In this document: positions 1 through 9,415 of the stretch, piece after piece
Position numbering within the stretch: the stretch's first letter is position 1
Layout of the letters: each line of letters opens with the position of its first letter
NCBI GenBank assembly: GCA_009781625.1
Contig: WQVI01000003.1
Location: forward strand, 1-44,327
Source: Defluviitaleaceae bacterium
GTDB lineage: Bacteria; Bacillota; Clostridia; Lachnospirales; WRAX01
Direction of reading: 5' to 3'
DNA: 44,327 bases
Notes under the pieces: generated by a model
The model's database searches: none
The model's input: the letters and a program-made list of their open reading frames with translations, nothing else
Told to the model about the DNA's origin: nothing
Position numbers and translations under genes: made by a program

Positions 1-67
1 AAGATGTATAATGGATACAAGCAGACAATAGACTTGTATACAAAGCATATTGTGAGGAGAGTGAAAA

Positions 68-1300
68 ATGGGCAAGAAGGCGAATTATTTTCTTGGGCTT
101 TTGTCCGGCATGGCCCTTATGTTTATTGTGTGGGTGGCCCTTATGTCGCTTGATGGCGTGTCCGCGCCTTTTATACGCGTAGCACCTACGTCCGCCGCCG
201 CTTCTACAGAGTTTGATACGACAAATATATTGCAAAAGCTTAACCATATACATCAAATTATAGATACCAATTTTTTGGGAGATTTTGATTTGGAACAGGC
301 TGTAGAAATGATGTTTGCAGGCTTTGTTTACGGCGTGGGCGACCCCTATACGGTATATATGGATGCCGCAACCTTCGCGTCGTTTAGAGAAGATACGGAA
401 GGCAGCTTTATAGGCATAGGCGTTAGCATTACCGTAGACCCTGCCGACAACCGCATCTTGATTATTTCTCCTTTTGAAGGCTCTCCTGCATTTGAGGCCG
501 GCATACTGCCCGGGGATAAAATTGTGCGCATAAATGGCTATGAGGTGTTTGGCGATGGCATTAACGAGGCCATAAGGATGATGCGCGGCGAGGCCGGCAC
601 CGAGGTTGTCGTCACCATTTTCCGCGAAAGCGATGGCAGCACCTTTGATGTGCCAATTATACGCGATGTAATACAGGTAGAAACCGTACGCAGCGACATT
701 TTTGATGATAATATCGGCTATATACGCATTTCGCAATTTGACCGCGTGACCCACGACCAATTTGTTAATGCTTACGAGCGCCTATTGGGCGAAAATATTG
801 AAGGCCTTATCATAGACTTGCGTAACAACCCAGGCGGCCTGCTGCATGTAGTAACCGAAATAACAGATATGTTGGTGCCTGAAGGGATAATAACATATAC
901 TGTAGATGCGCGCGGCAACAGAAGCAATGTATATTCGGAAGATGAGAGGCAGATAGAAATACCGCTTATTGTGCTTATAAATGGCAATTCGGCCTCGGCA
1001 TCAGAGGTGCTCTCGGGGGCCGTGCTTGACACAGGCGTGGGCGAGCTTTTGGGCACAACCACCTTTGGTAAAGGTCTTGTACAAAACATTTTCACATTGG
1101 GCGATGGGTCGGCAGTGAAAGTTACTGTGCAAAGATATTACACGCCATCGGGCATTTCCATCCACGGCGTGGGCCTAACACCAAACCACTATGTGGAAAT
1201 GGATGTAGAGCTGACAAACAACCTTTCGCGCCTGTCGGCTGAAGAAGATGTTCAATTGCAAGAGGCAATATCTATTATAAGCGAGACAATAGGACGATAA
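68..1300 (+). CDS. ctpA: S41 family C-terminal processing peptidase (PDZ domain)
   Basis: N-terminal TM segment, GIG PDZ motif, DLRNNPGG, SASASE (catalytic Ser) and TFGKG motifs. Confidence 0.93.
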   Translation: MGKKANYFLGLLSGMALMFIVWVALMSLDGVSAPFIRVAPTSAAASTEFDTTNILQKLNHIHQIIDTNFLGDFDLEQAVEMMFAGFVYGVGDPYTVYMDAATFASFREDTEGSFIGIGVSITVDPADNRILIISPFEGSPAFEAGILPGDKIVRINGYEVFGDGINEAIRMMRGEAGTEVVVTIFRESDGSTFDVPIIRDVIQVETVRSDIFDDNIGYIRISQFDRVTHDQFVNAYERLLGENIEGLIIDLRNNPGGLLHVVTEITDMLVPEGIITYTVDARGNRSNVYSEDERQIEIPLIVLINGNSASASEVLSGAVLDTGVGELLGTTTFGKGLVQNIFTLGDGSAVKVTVQRYYTPSGISIHGVGLTPNHYVEMDVELTNNLSRLSAEEDVQLQEAISIISETIGR

Positions 1301-1325
1301 ACAGAATTACAAAGGAGGAAATGAT

Positions 1326-2039
1326 ATGAGAATAGCGGATAATGTTGAATTATTATCTGTGCCGGTAAACAGGCCGGATGTTGACATGACATTGCACATG
1401 ACGCTAACATGGGATGACGACAATTTGGTGCTGATGGACGCAGGCATTCCCGGCCAGGGGGAAGACATCGCAAAAGCCATTGCTGCCGCGGGTTTTGATG
1501 CGAAAAACTTAACGCACATCATCATAACCCATCAAGACATGGACCACATCGGCAGTGTCCTTGACCTACAGCGGATGTCTCCAAGCGCAAAAATACTAGC
1601 CCACCATGAAGAGGCTCCCTATATGGATGGCCGCAAGATGCCTATAAGACTGGCCACGAATCTGGAAAAATATGAGGATTTATCGCCTGAGATGAAAGCC
1701 TATGTAGACCAAGCCAAAATAGATTATGAAACAGGACAGTTTAAGCTTAAAATTGACAAAGAGCTTACAGATAAAGAGGTACTGCCCATATGCGGCGGCA
1801 TAGAGGCTGTGCACACCCCCGGCCATATGCCCGGCCATATCGCCCTTTTCTTGCACCCAAGCCGTATAATGGTTTGTGGAGACGCCGCCAACATTGCCGA
1901 TAGCGCCATTGCGGGGCCAAATCCCGTACATACAGCGGATATGGAGACGGGGATGCAGTCCGTGGAAAAGATAAAGCAGTATCCGCTTAGCGGCATAGTG
2001 GCCTATCACGGGGGATATTTGCTCCTGGATGGCAAATAA
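1326..2039 (+). CDS. MBL-fold metallo-hydrolase
   Basis: THQDMDH, HTPGH, GDA and YHG metal-binding motifs; AAGGAGG RBS. Confidence 0.9.
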   Translation: MRIADNVELLSVPVNRPDVDMTLHMTLTWDDDNLVLMDAGIPGQGEDIAKAIAAAGFDAKNLTHIIITHQDMDHIGSVLDLQRMSPSAKILAHHEEAPYMDGRKMPIRLATNLEKYEDLSPEMKAYVDQAKIDYETGQFKLKIDKELTDKEVLPICGGIEAVHTPGHMPGHIALFLHPSRIMVCGDAANIADSAIAGPNPVHTADMETGMQSVEKIKQYPLSGIVAYHGGYLLLDGK

Positions 2040-2067
2040 GCACAATAAAGTTAATAGATTTCCTTTG

Positions 2068-2145
2068 TGGATTGTTTCGGGCCTTTGGCCTTGTGGTGAT
2101 TGGATGTATAACCATCATTGCGAGGATGAGGCCCGAGGCAATCCA
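2068..2145. repeat. REP-like long hairpin (GGATTGCTTCG...CTCGCAATGA type)
   Basis: tggattgtttcgggcct...aggcccgaggcaatcca arms pair with G-U wobbles; related half-copy at 44074-44129. Confidence 0.6.
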
Positions 2146-2243
2146 TATTTAATTGCGCCAAGTTAACCTGTAACGACTGTGCGCGGCAGTTTGTGCTTGG
2201 TGTGATTGGGCCCTCGAGACCAATTGCCGCAATACTACAGAAC

Positions 2244-2272
2244 TTGACAGGGCTTGAACAAACAGTTATGAT
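2244..2272 (+). promoter_or_regulatory. sigma-A promoter for the flavoprotein gene
   Basis: TTGACA-17-TATGAT. Confidence 0.6.
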
Positions 2273-2396
2273 AAATGGGTAGGAAGCTTGCTTTGTTAAA
2301 TGGCAATGCTTATAATGGATATAATGCGCAGTTCGGATATGTGCAAGTCTTGACATAGTTTAAAAGAGGAGGCTATCTATTAGGTAGATAATTTAT

Positions 2397-3119
2397 ATGA
2401 ATATAACGATAATTAATGGAAGTCCTCGAAAAGGTAGTACATACGCAGCGACGCAGATATTCAAGAACGAAATGCTGGCTTGCGGGGCGGTAGAATTTAC
2501 CGACTTTTTTCTGCCCCAGGATATGCCAGAATTTTGCAAAGGTTGTATGTCATGCTTCAACAATGGAGAGCAAGCCTGCCCTCATTCGAATTACTCCATG
2601 CCTATTTTAGAATCAATGCTCGGCGCAGATGCCATCATTTTTACCACACCCGTTTTTGTAGTGCAGATGCCTGGTTCGGCTAAGGCTTTCCTCGATCATT
2701 ATGCGTTTATATTTATGGGGCACAGACCACGCCTTGAAATGTTCAATAAAAAGGCTTTTGTTCTTTCAACTGCATCTGAAGCGGGAACAAAAGCAGCAAT
2801 GAAAACAATCGTTATGAATCTTAAATTTTGGGGATTAAACAGGATTTATTCATCAGGTTTTGTTATGAGGGCAGTAGATTGGAATACAACCAAACCCAAG
2901 CGCAGAGAAAAGTTTGAGTATAGACTTAAAAAGTCCGCAAGGCGATTCTATAAAGAGGTCCTTTCGGGCAAGAAGCGCAGACCATATTTATTTACAAAAA
3001 TCATGTTTACCGTGTGCCGTATGTTGCTGAAAAGACAGGATGAAGAAACTTCACTTGATAAAAGATATTGGATAGAGAAAGACTTGTTCAAGCAAAATCC
3101 TTTTGGACGCACTGATTAA
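2397..3119 (+). CDS. NAD(P)H-dependent oxidoreductase / iron-sulfur flavoprotein family
   Basis: INGSPRKGST FMN-binding start, CxGCxxC...CPH cluster motif, TPV motif. Confidence 0.85.
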   Translation: MNITIINGSPRKGSTYAATQIFKNEMLACGAVEFTDFFLPQDMPEFCKGCMSCFNNGEQACPHSNYSMPILESMLGADAIIFTTPVFVVQMPGSAKAFLDHYAFIFMGHRPRLEMFNKKAFVLSTASEAGTKAAMKTIVMNLKFWGLNRIYSSGFVMRAVDWNTTKPKRREKFEYRLKKSARRFYKEVLSGKKRRPYLFTKIMFTVCRMLLKRQDEETSLDKRYWIEKDLFKQNPFGRTD

Positions 3120-3132
3120 GCATTTTCGGTAA

Positions 3133-3224
3133 TAGACCTGTTCTAAAACTACCGATGCGTGCGGAAAATCTCAACAGTTCATGCAGTTTTCCGCGAGCTT
3201 TTTTGGGGTTTTAGAACAGGTCTA
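3133..3224. mobile_element. 92-bp MITE-like element
   Basis: Perfect 17-bp terminal inverted repeat tagacctgttctaaaac/gttttagaacaggtcta, inner IR gcggaaaa/ttttccgc, TA at both ends. Confidence 0.7.
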
Positions 3225-3307
3225 ATATAGGCAACAGCATATCATCCATAAAACTTACAAAGCCGATTAACAAAATATGTATTGTAAAAATATAACAGCC
3301 GCCTGCT

Positions 3308-4057
3308 TTATGCGGGCGGCTGTTTTGTGTTGTGTGGGTGCCTGGTTTTTACTTCTATGCAAGCTTTTGCGATTTCTAGCGGGTTTTGGCTTAGCAGTCG
3401 CAAGGATAGGTGGTTATCCCATGCGCCCTCGCTAAATAGGGTTAAGTTGTCGTGGATGGATATGTGTTGTTTGCCCTCGGAAGTGTATTTTTTTGAGAAG
3501 GTTGTGGTTTTGCCTATGGTTTGTCTAAGCTCTATGGTTACGAGATTTTGTGGGCGATTGGTGAGCCTTAGTGTTAAATCTATATCAAATCTTTTGCTGT
3601 GGGGTAAAATAATTATGAAGTCCCCATCTATGCGGGCGGTGTGTACGCAGTCGTCACAGCGTTTTATGTGGCAAAGCTGCAATGTCCTGCATGGTGACCA
3701 AACATATTTGCTGTCTGCGCAAAATATGTTAATGCATTTGCAGGGGTGCCTGGGCGGCCATGGGCGGGGGTGCGGCATGGCTTCTATTGCCAGATGCAGC
3801 TTGCTTTTAAGGATAAACTGCAAATCTACAATTTTTTCGACAAGCTGGGTTACGGATTGGTTTATGCTCAAGATCATTTTACGGTCTTTTTCGCAGTTGA
3901 AGTCTATGTTTTCTAGTGCTTTGGTAATCTTTTCGCTTTCGGCCGTTAAAATGCGTGAAAGAGCCATTTCTTCCATGGCTATGGATGTGATGATGGCATT
4001 TATAGCCTCTTCACGGCTTAATATGTCTTTAGGGTTAGGAAACTTAGGCATGGACAT
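3308..4057 (-). CDS. Hypothetical protein with SIAMEExALS N-terminal domain (probably spore/exosporium associated)
   Basis: MSMP...SIAMEEMALSRILTAESEKI is a recurrent domain in spore-former proteins; AAGGAGG RBS; SigK-like promoter upstream. Confidence 0.65.
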   Translation of the reverse strand: MSMPKFPNPKDILSREEAINAIITSIAMEEMALSRILTAESEKITKALENIDFNCEKDRKMILSINQSVTQLVEKIVDLQFILKSKLHLAIEAMPHPRPWPPRHPCKCINIFCADSKYVWSPCRTLQLCHIKRCDDCVHTARIDGDFIIILPHSKRFDIDLTLRLTNRPQNLVTIELRQTIGKTTTFSKKYTSEGKQHISIHDNLTLFSEGAWDNHLSLRLLSQNPLEIAKACIEVKTRHPHNTKQPPA

Positions 4058-4105
4058 GGCAACTGCCTCCTTACTGTTTGGTGGGCCCCGGCTTACTGCT
4101 AATCC

Positions 4106-4133
4106 ATCATATGAAGAAAGTGGAATAATTGTG
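4106..4133 (-). promoter_or_regulatory. SigK-like promoter
   Basis: CACA-16-CATATGAT on minus strand upstream of the 4057 start. Confidence 0.5.
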
Positions 4134-4178
4134 ATTTTACCGGGGGATAATTAAGAAAAAACGAAAAGAGGCCACGCC

Positions 4179-4379
4179 ATGAGAATATACGAGCAAAACC
4201 CATCGGCAAAACCTGCACTGTGCCCCAAAATGCTGCTAGAGGGTACGTCCCATGCAGCGCGCCCGCTTTCATCCTGCAGGGGTTGCCCGCATATGTCTTA
4301 TATGAGCTGCAATGCACCCCATGAAACCTCTTACGAAAATACCGTAAAAAGTGCGAAAAATATCTTGCAATGGCTTTAA
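4179..4379 (+). CDS. Possible small Cys-containing protein (66 aa)
   Basis: AAGAGG 7 nt before ATG; 4 Cys including CxxC; no recognised family. Confidence 0.3.
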   Translation: MRIYEQNPSAKPALCPKMLLEGTSHAARPLSSCRGCPHMSYMSCNAPHETSYENTVKSAKNILQWL

Positions 4380-4393
4380 AACTATGGTATAAT
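4365..4393 (+). promoter_or_regulatory. sigma-A promoter of the nusA operon
   Basis: TTGCAA-17-TATAAT with extended TG. Confidence 0.8.
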
Positions 4394-4416
4394 TTGAATA
4401 ATCTATCAATTGTGAC

Positions 4417-4444
4417 AGAGAGTGGGCATAAACCCCACTCTTTA
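4417..4444 (+). promoter_or_regulatory. rimP-leader-type hairpin (weak terminator/attenuator)
   Basis: AGAGTGGG-loop-CCCACTCTTT, the motif that normally precedes rimP-nusA. Confidence 0.8.
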
Positions 4445-4481
4445 CTGTTATGTGGAACTTTATTAGGAAAGGGATGATAAA

Positions 4482-5789
4482 ATGCCTGCAAATAGCGAGC
4501 TTATCGACACTATAAGCCTTATCGAAAAAGAGAAGGGCATCGACAAAGAAACTTTATTTGAAGCTATAGAATCCTCGCTTATCTCTGCGTGCAAGAAAAA
4601 TTTTGGAACAAGCCAAAATATACGCGTGGCCATTGACCGTGATAACGGCGCTGTCAATGTTTTAGCGCAGAAGGAGGTTGTTGAAGAGGTAGAGGACGCA
4701 ACCCTGCAAATTTCTCTTGGGGATGCCCGCGAAATTAGCCTGGAATACGTTGTGGGAGATATTGTAGAGATTGTTGTAACACCGCGGGACTTTGGACGAA
4801 TTTCTGCGCAAACCGCAAAGCAGGTGGTTGTGCAAAAGTTTCGCGAGGCAGAGCGCAATAAAGTTATCAACGAATTTAAGGGCAGGGAATATCGCCTGCT
4901 GTCAGGTGTTGTAGAGCGTATAGAGCGTCGCGATGTTTATGTTACCGTGGGTGATACAGAGCTTAAATTGGCGCCGACAGAGCAAATTCCTGGTGAAGAA
5001 TATTATTTCAACCAGCGCATAAAGGTGCTGGTGCTTGATATTAAGGATGGCGGCAGCCGCGGGCCTTTGATACCCGTGTCACGCTCCCATCCGGATTTGG
5101 TGGCGCGTCTTTTTGAACAGGAAGTGCCTGAAATTGCCGATGGCACGGTTGTCATCAAGGCCGTAGCCCGGGAAGCGGGGCATCGCACCAAAATTGCTGT
5201 GGCCAGCCTTAACCCTAATGTGGATCCTGTTGGCTCTTGCGTGGGCGCCGGCGGCCAACGCGTAAATTTGGTTGTTAACGAGCTTAACGGTGAAAAAATT
5301 GACATAATAACCCATAGCGATAATCCCAAAGATTTTATTGCCGCCGCCCTTAGTCCTGCTGTGGTTTTGGCTGTGCGCGTGGAAGAAGGGGGAAAGTCTG
5401 CTAAAATAGTGGTGCCTGACAACCAGCTTTCGTTGGCTATTGGCCGCGAGGGCCAAAATGCTCGCCTAGCGGCGAAGCTTACGGGTTTTCGTATTGATAT
5501 CAAGAGCTATACCAAGGCCATGGAAGAAAACTTTATTGATGATACAGATATGCTGGGTGAAACAGAGGAAGCGGTATCTGTTGAAGCGGAAATTACCGTT
5601 GATGAAGCCCAATATGCGGAAGCGGCGGCGGAGTATTATGAATACGATGACGACGAATACGACGATGAATACGATGACGACGAATACGACGATGAATACG
5701 ATGACGAATTCTACGACGACGAATACGACGACGAATACGACGACGATGAGTATAACGATGCAGAAGGTGATGACCATAAACAAGACTAA
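4482..5789 (+). CDS. nusA: Transcription termination/antitermination factor NusA
   Basis: FGRISAQTAKQV, AREAGxRTKIAV, LAIGREGQNARLAAKLTG; acidic tail. Confidence 0.98.
   Translation: MPANSELIDTISLIEKEKGIDKETLFEAIESSLISACKKNFGTSQNIRVAIDRDNGAVNVLAQKEVVEEVEDATLQISLGDAREISLEYVVGDIVEIVVTPRDFGRISAQTAKQVVVQKFREAERNKVINEFKGREYRLLSGVVERIERRDVYVTVGDTELKLAPTEQIPGEEYYFNQRIKVLVLDIKDGGSRGPLIPVSRSHPDLVARLFEQEVPEIADGTVVIKAVAREAGHRTKIAVASLNPNVDPVGSCVGAGGQRVNLVVNELNGEKIDIITHSDNPKDFIAAALSPAVVLAVRVEEGGKSAKIVVPDNQLSLAIGREGQNARLAAKLTGFRIDIKSYTKAMEENFIDDTDMLGETEEAVSVEAEITVDEAQYAEAAAEYYEYDDDEYDDEYDDDEYDDEYDDEFYDDEYDDEYDDDEYNDAEGDDHKQD
5640..5760 (+). repeat. Coding tandem repeat (EYDD/EYDDD) in nusA tail
   Basis: GAATACGAYGAY(GAC) units, 8 YDD copies plus one YND. 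Confidence 0.9.
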
Positions 5790-6069
5790 AGGTATTGCGG
5801 GATCCAGAAGAAAGCTCCCTGAAAGGCGTTGTGTTGGTTGTCGCGAGATGAAAAACAAGTCCGACCTTATGCGCATCGTGCGTAAAGCCGATGATAGCGG
5901 GTTTTGCGTGGACGATACGGGCAAAGCGGCCGGCCGTGGTGCGTATATTTGCCGTGATGCTGCTTGCTTCAAGAAAGCGGTGAAATCCGGTGGTTTTGAT
6001 AGGTCTTTTAAGCAAAAAATCCCGCAGGAAGTTTATGCGATTTTGGAAGGTATGATTACACTTGAATGA
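5770..6069 (+). CDS. rnpM: YlxR/RnpM family RNA-binding protein
   Basis: PERRCVGC...DLMRIV...GRGAYIC motif; position after nusA; start estimated. Confidence 0.92.
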   Translation: MTINKTKGIAGSRRKLPERRCVGCREMKNKSDLMRIVRKADDSGFCVDDTGKAAGRGAYICRDAACFKKAVKSGGFDRSFKQKIPQEVYAILEGMITLE

Positions 6070-6379
6070 AATGACGAAAAAACGTCTGCTTTCCATGATA
6101 GCGCTGGCTAGAAAGGCCGGAAAGCTCGTTGCCGGTGAGGAAACCTGCGAGAAGACCATTAGAGGCGGCACTGCACATCTCGTACATGTGACGAATGATG
6201 CCTCTGCCAATACACAAAAGAAATTTCGCAACAAATCAAACTATTACGATGTGCCGATATATAGTCTATTTTCCAAGGAGGAGATAAGCCGACACATAGG
6301 CCTGCACAACCGTGCCACCTTTGTGATCACAGACGAAAATTTTGCAAGGAAAATAATTGAAATTGCGGAAAGGCTGTAA
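6062..6379 (+). CDS. ylxQ: L7Ae/L30e family protein (YlxQ)
   Basis: [22 protein letters not shown]; operon position. Confidence 0.92.
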   Translation: MNEMTKKRLLSMIALARKAGKLVAGEETCEKTIRGGTAHLVHVTNDASANTQKKFRNKSNYYDVPIYSLFSKEEISRHIGLHNRATFVITDENFARKIIEIAERL

Positions 6380-6401
6380 ATTCCGCAAGAAAGGTGGTTA
6401 C

Positions 6402-9400
6402 ATGGCCAAAAAAAGAATTAATGAATGGGCAAAGGATATTGGGGTTGGTTCAAAGGATATTTTGAATATTTTGTCACAAATTGGTGTAGAAGGCAAAACC
6501 CATTCTTCTTCCCTTGATGAAACAGATTTTAATAAAGTACGACAGATTTTAAAACCGCAAAGCATAGAGACGCAAGCTGTTAAGAAGGAAGTTGTCAAGA
6601 AGGCGGAAAGGCCGGAAAGACCGGAAAGGCCCGTTAGGCTTGATGCTGACGGTAATCCTTTGCCCCGCAGAGAGCGTCCCCTAGGCCCCGACGGCAAGCC
6701 TCTTCCAAGGCCTGTAAGGCTTGGCCCCGACGGCCAGCCCTTGCCAAGAAGAGAACGTCCCCTAGGCCCAGATGGCAAGCCTTTGCCCCGCAGAGAAAGG
6801 CCTCTTGGCCCTGACGGCAAACCTCTTCCAAGGCCCGTAAGGCTTGGCCCCGACGGCCAGCCGCTACCAAGAAGAGAACGCCCTCTTGGCCCTGATGGCC
6901 AACCCTTGCCGCGCAGAGAAAGGCCATTAGGCCCGGACGGCAAGCCTTTGCCGCGCCCAGACAGAGGCGACAGACCCCCAAGGCTCGGCCCAGACGGCAA
7001 GCCAATCCCCAGAGGCAACAGGCCTGATAGACCCCCAAGGCTTGGCCCCGACGGCAAGCCATTACCGCGCCCAGACAGAGGCGACAGACCCCCAAGATTA
7101 GGCCCCGACGGCAAGCCCCTTCCAAGACAGGAGCGTTTTGACAGAGGCGACAGGCCCCCGAGACTAGGCCCCGACGGCAAACCTTTGCCGCGCCAAGACA
7201 GAGGCGACAGGCCGCCCTTTAGGTCTGACAGGCCAAGACCAACCGGCGACAGACCAAGCGGCGGCTATGGTGACAGACGCCCGCAGGGACAAGGGCAGGG
7301 GTATAGTCAAGGCCAAGGCCAAGGACGCCCATCAGGCCCACCACGCGGCGGCGACAAGCCGCAGTTTCGCGGTGGAGACCGCCCACCGTTTCGTGGCGGC
7401 CAAGGGCAAGGCGGAGGCTTTTCCCAAGGCGGAGGGCCGGGCAGAGGACGTCCGGGTGCTGCTGCCGGCTTTGACAAAAGCAAAAGTGGCAACACAAAGC
7501 AAGAGGCGCCGGATAAGCATGGCCGCCGTCAAAAATTGGAAGCATCCAGCAAGAAGGATAAGCGTAAAGACCGTCTTGTGGACGATAGCAAAGAGAAAAT
7601 GCTGTCTCGTCAGATCGTGGCAAAGATTCCTGCAAAGCCGGAAGAGCCACGGGTGATACAAGTGCCCGCCGTGCTGACGCTAAAAGAGCTGGCGGAGCTT
7701 ATGAACAAGCAAGGTGCAGAGCTTGTTAAGGCCCTGATAAAAAAAGGCGATATGATATCCATCAACCAAGAAATTTCCTACGAAAAAGCTATGGAAATTG
7801 CCATAGAATACAATATCTTGGTTGAGGAAAAGATAGAGATTGATATACTTGAGGAAGTGTTTGCCGAGGACGAAGAGGGCGACGATGTGCTGATAACACG
7901 TCCGCCGGTTGTGGTTATTATGGGCCACGTTGACCACGGCAAAACATCCCTTTTGGACACCATACGTAAAACGGATGTGGTAGCCGGCGAGGCAGGCGGT
8001 ATTACGCAAGCAATTGGCGCTTATACCGTGAGTATCAATGACCGCCCCATCACTTTCCTTGACACGCCCGGCCACGAGGCTTTTACGGCCATGCGTATGC
8101 GCGGCGCGCAAGTAACGGACATTGCCGTGCTTGTTGTGGCTGCGGATGACGGTGTTATGCCGCAAACTGTTGAGGCCATAAGCCATGCTAAGGCGGCAGG
8201 CGTTGAAATTATTGTGGCCATCAACAAAATTGATAAGCCAAGTGCAAATCCTGACCGCGTTATGCAAGAGCTTACAGAGCACGGCCTTGTTGCCGAGGCA
8301 TATGGCGGTGACGTTATATGCGCGCGGGTTTCGGCCCATACCCAAGAGGGTATTGACAACCTGCTTGAAATGATACTGCTTGTTGCGGACATGAAGGAAT
8401 ACAAGGCCAATCCCAACAAGAAGGCGCGAGGCACCGTTATTGAGGCCCAGCTGGACAAGGGCCGTGGCCCTGTGGCTACCGTGCTTGTAAAAGCGGGCAC
8501 CCTTCGCATTGGCGATTCTATCGTGGCGGGCACGGCCCATGGCCGCATACGCGCCATGATAAACGACAAGGGCCAGAGGGTGCAAGAAGCGGCACCGTCC
8601 ATGCCTGTGGAGATATTGGGTCTGCATTCTGTGCCGACTTCCGGAGATTTGTTCCATATCGCCCGAGACGACAAAGAGGCCCGCTATGTTGCCGAGACAA
8701 TTATTGCCAAAAACCGCGTGAAGCTAATTGACGAAACGCCACAAAAGGTGTCACTTGATGACCTTTTCTCGCAAATTCAGGCAGGCAAGGTGAAAGACCT
8801 TAATATCATCATTAAGGCCGACGTGGGCGGTAGCGTTGAGGCCGTGAAAGCGTCGCTCGAAAAACTGTCCAACGAGGAAGTCCGCATACGTACCATTTTA
8901 GGCGGCGTGGGTGCTGTTACAGAAAGCGACGTCATGCTGGCATCGGCTTCAAACGCCATCATCATCGGGTTTAACGTGCGGCCGGAGCCTATGGCGAAAA
9001 CTGTGGCGGAAGAGCAGCAAGTTGATATCCGTCTATATCGCATCATCTACAACGCCATTGATGACATTCAGGCGGCCATGGTGGGTATGCTAGACCCGAT
9101 TTTCGAGGAAAAGGTTATTGGCCATGCAACAATACGCCAGATTTTCAAGGCTTCGGGCATTGGTACCATCGGCGGTGCATATGTAACCGACGGCAAAATG
9201 ACGCGAAACGCCTCTGTGCGTGTGCTGCGTGATAATATCGTGGTTTACGAAGGCACATTGGACACTCTTCGTCGTTTCAAGGAAGATGTGCGCGAAGTCC
9301 TTACCAACTATGAATGTGGACTGGTGTTGACCAAGTTTAATGACATCAAAGAAGGTGACGTTGTTGAAGCCTTCGTAATGGAAGAAATTAAACGAGACAA

Positions 9401-9404
9401 GTAA
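6402..9404 (+). CDS. infB: Translation initiation factor IF-2
   Basis: [17 protein letters not shown] GTPase motifs; start set at MAKKRINE after AAGGTGG. Confidence 0.99.
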   Translation: MAKKRINEWAKDIGVGSKDILNILSQIGVEGKTHSSSLDETDFNKVRQILKPQSIETQAVKKEVVKKAERPERPERPVRLDADGNPLPRRERPLGPDGKPLPRPVRLGPDGQPLPRRERPLGPDGKPLPRRERPLGPDGKPLPRPVRLGPDGQPLPRRERPLGPDGQPLPRRERPLGPDGKPLPRPDRGDRPPRLGPDGKPIPRGNRPDRPPRLGPDGKPLPRPDRGDRPPRLGPDGKPLPRQERFDRGDRPPRLGPDGKPLPRQDRGDRPPFRSDRPRPTGDRPSGGYGDRRPQGQGQGYSQGQGQGRPSGPPRGGDKPQFRGGDRPPFRGGQGQGGGFSQGGGPGRGRPGAAAGFDKSKSGNTKQEAPDKHGRRQKLEASSKKDKRKDRLVDDSKEKMLSRQIVAKIPAKPEEPRVIQVPAVLTLKELAELMNKQGAELVKALIKKGDMISINQEISYEKAMEIAIEYNILVEEKIEIDILEEVFAEDEEGDDVLITRPPVVVIMGHVDHGKTSLLDTIRKTDVVAGEAGGITQAIGAYTVSINDRPITFLDTPGHEAFTAMRMRGAQVTDIAVLVVAADDGVMPQTVEAISHAKAAGVEIIVAINKIDKPSANPDRVMQELTEHGLVAEAYGGDVICARVSAHTQEGIDNLLEMILLVADMKEYKANPNKKARGTVIEAQLDKGRGPVATVLVKAGTLRIGDSIVAGTAHGRIRAMINDKGQRVQEAAPSMPVEILGLHSVPTSGDLFHIARDDKEARYVAETIIAKNRVKLIDETPQKVSLDDLFSQIQAGKVKDLNIIIKADVGGSVEAVKASLEKLSNEEVRIRTILGGVGAVTESDVMLASASNAIIIGFNVRPEPMAKTVAEEQQVDIRLYRIIYNAIDDIQAAMVGMLDPIFEEKVIGHATIRQIFKASGIGTIGGAYVTDGKMTRNASVRVLRDNIVVYEGTLDTLRRFKEDVREVLTNYECGLVLTKFNDIKEGDVVEAFVMEEIKRDK
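6636..7219 (+). repeat. Coding repeat array (LGPDGK/QPLPR) in IF-2 N-terminal region
   Basis: 11 LGPDG units plus one LDADG unit, with synonymous variation between copies. Confidence 0.95.
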
Positions 9405-9415
9405 GGAGCAATTTA

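Noticed and set aside
2051-2356. 101-aa minus-strand ORF
   Set aside because: Runs through a repeat hairpin and a promoter, with no RBS or recognisable motif.
3327-4154. 275-aa plus-strand ORF
   Set aside because: Antisense to 3308-4057, which has the recognisable domain, RBS and promoter.
5494-5769. N-terminal extension of rnpM (MNTMTTNTT repeats) and minus-strand ORFs 5466-5972 and 5593-6234
   Set aside because: Alternative-frame readings of the nusA EYDD repeat.
6636-7219. Repeat array as CRISPR, and antisense ORFs such as 6398-7180
   Set aside because: Units are in frame within infB, vary at synonymous sites and lack unique spacers; the antisense ORF is a shadow of the repeat.
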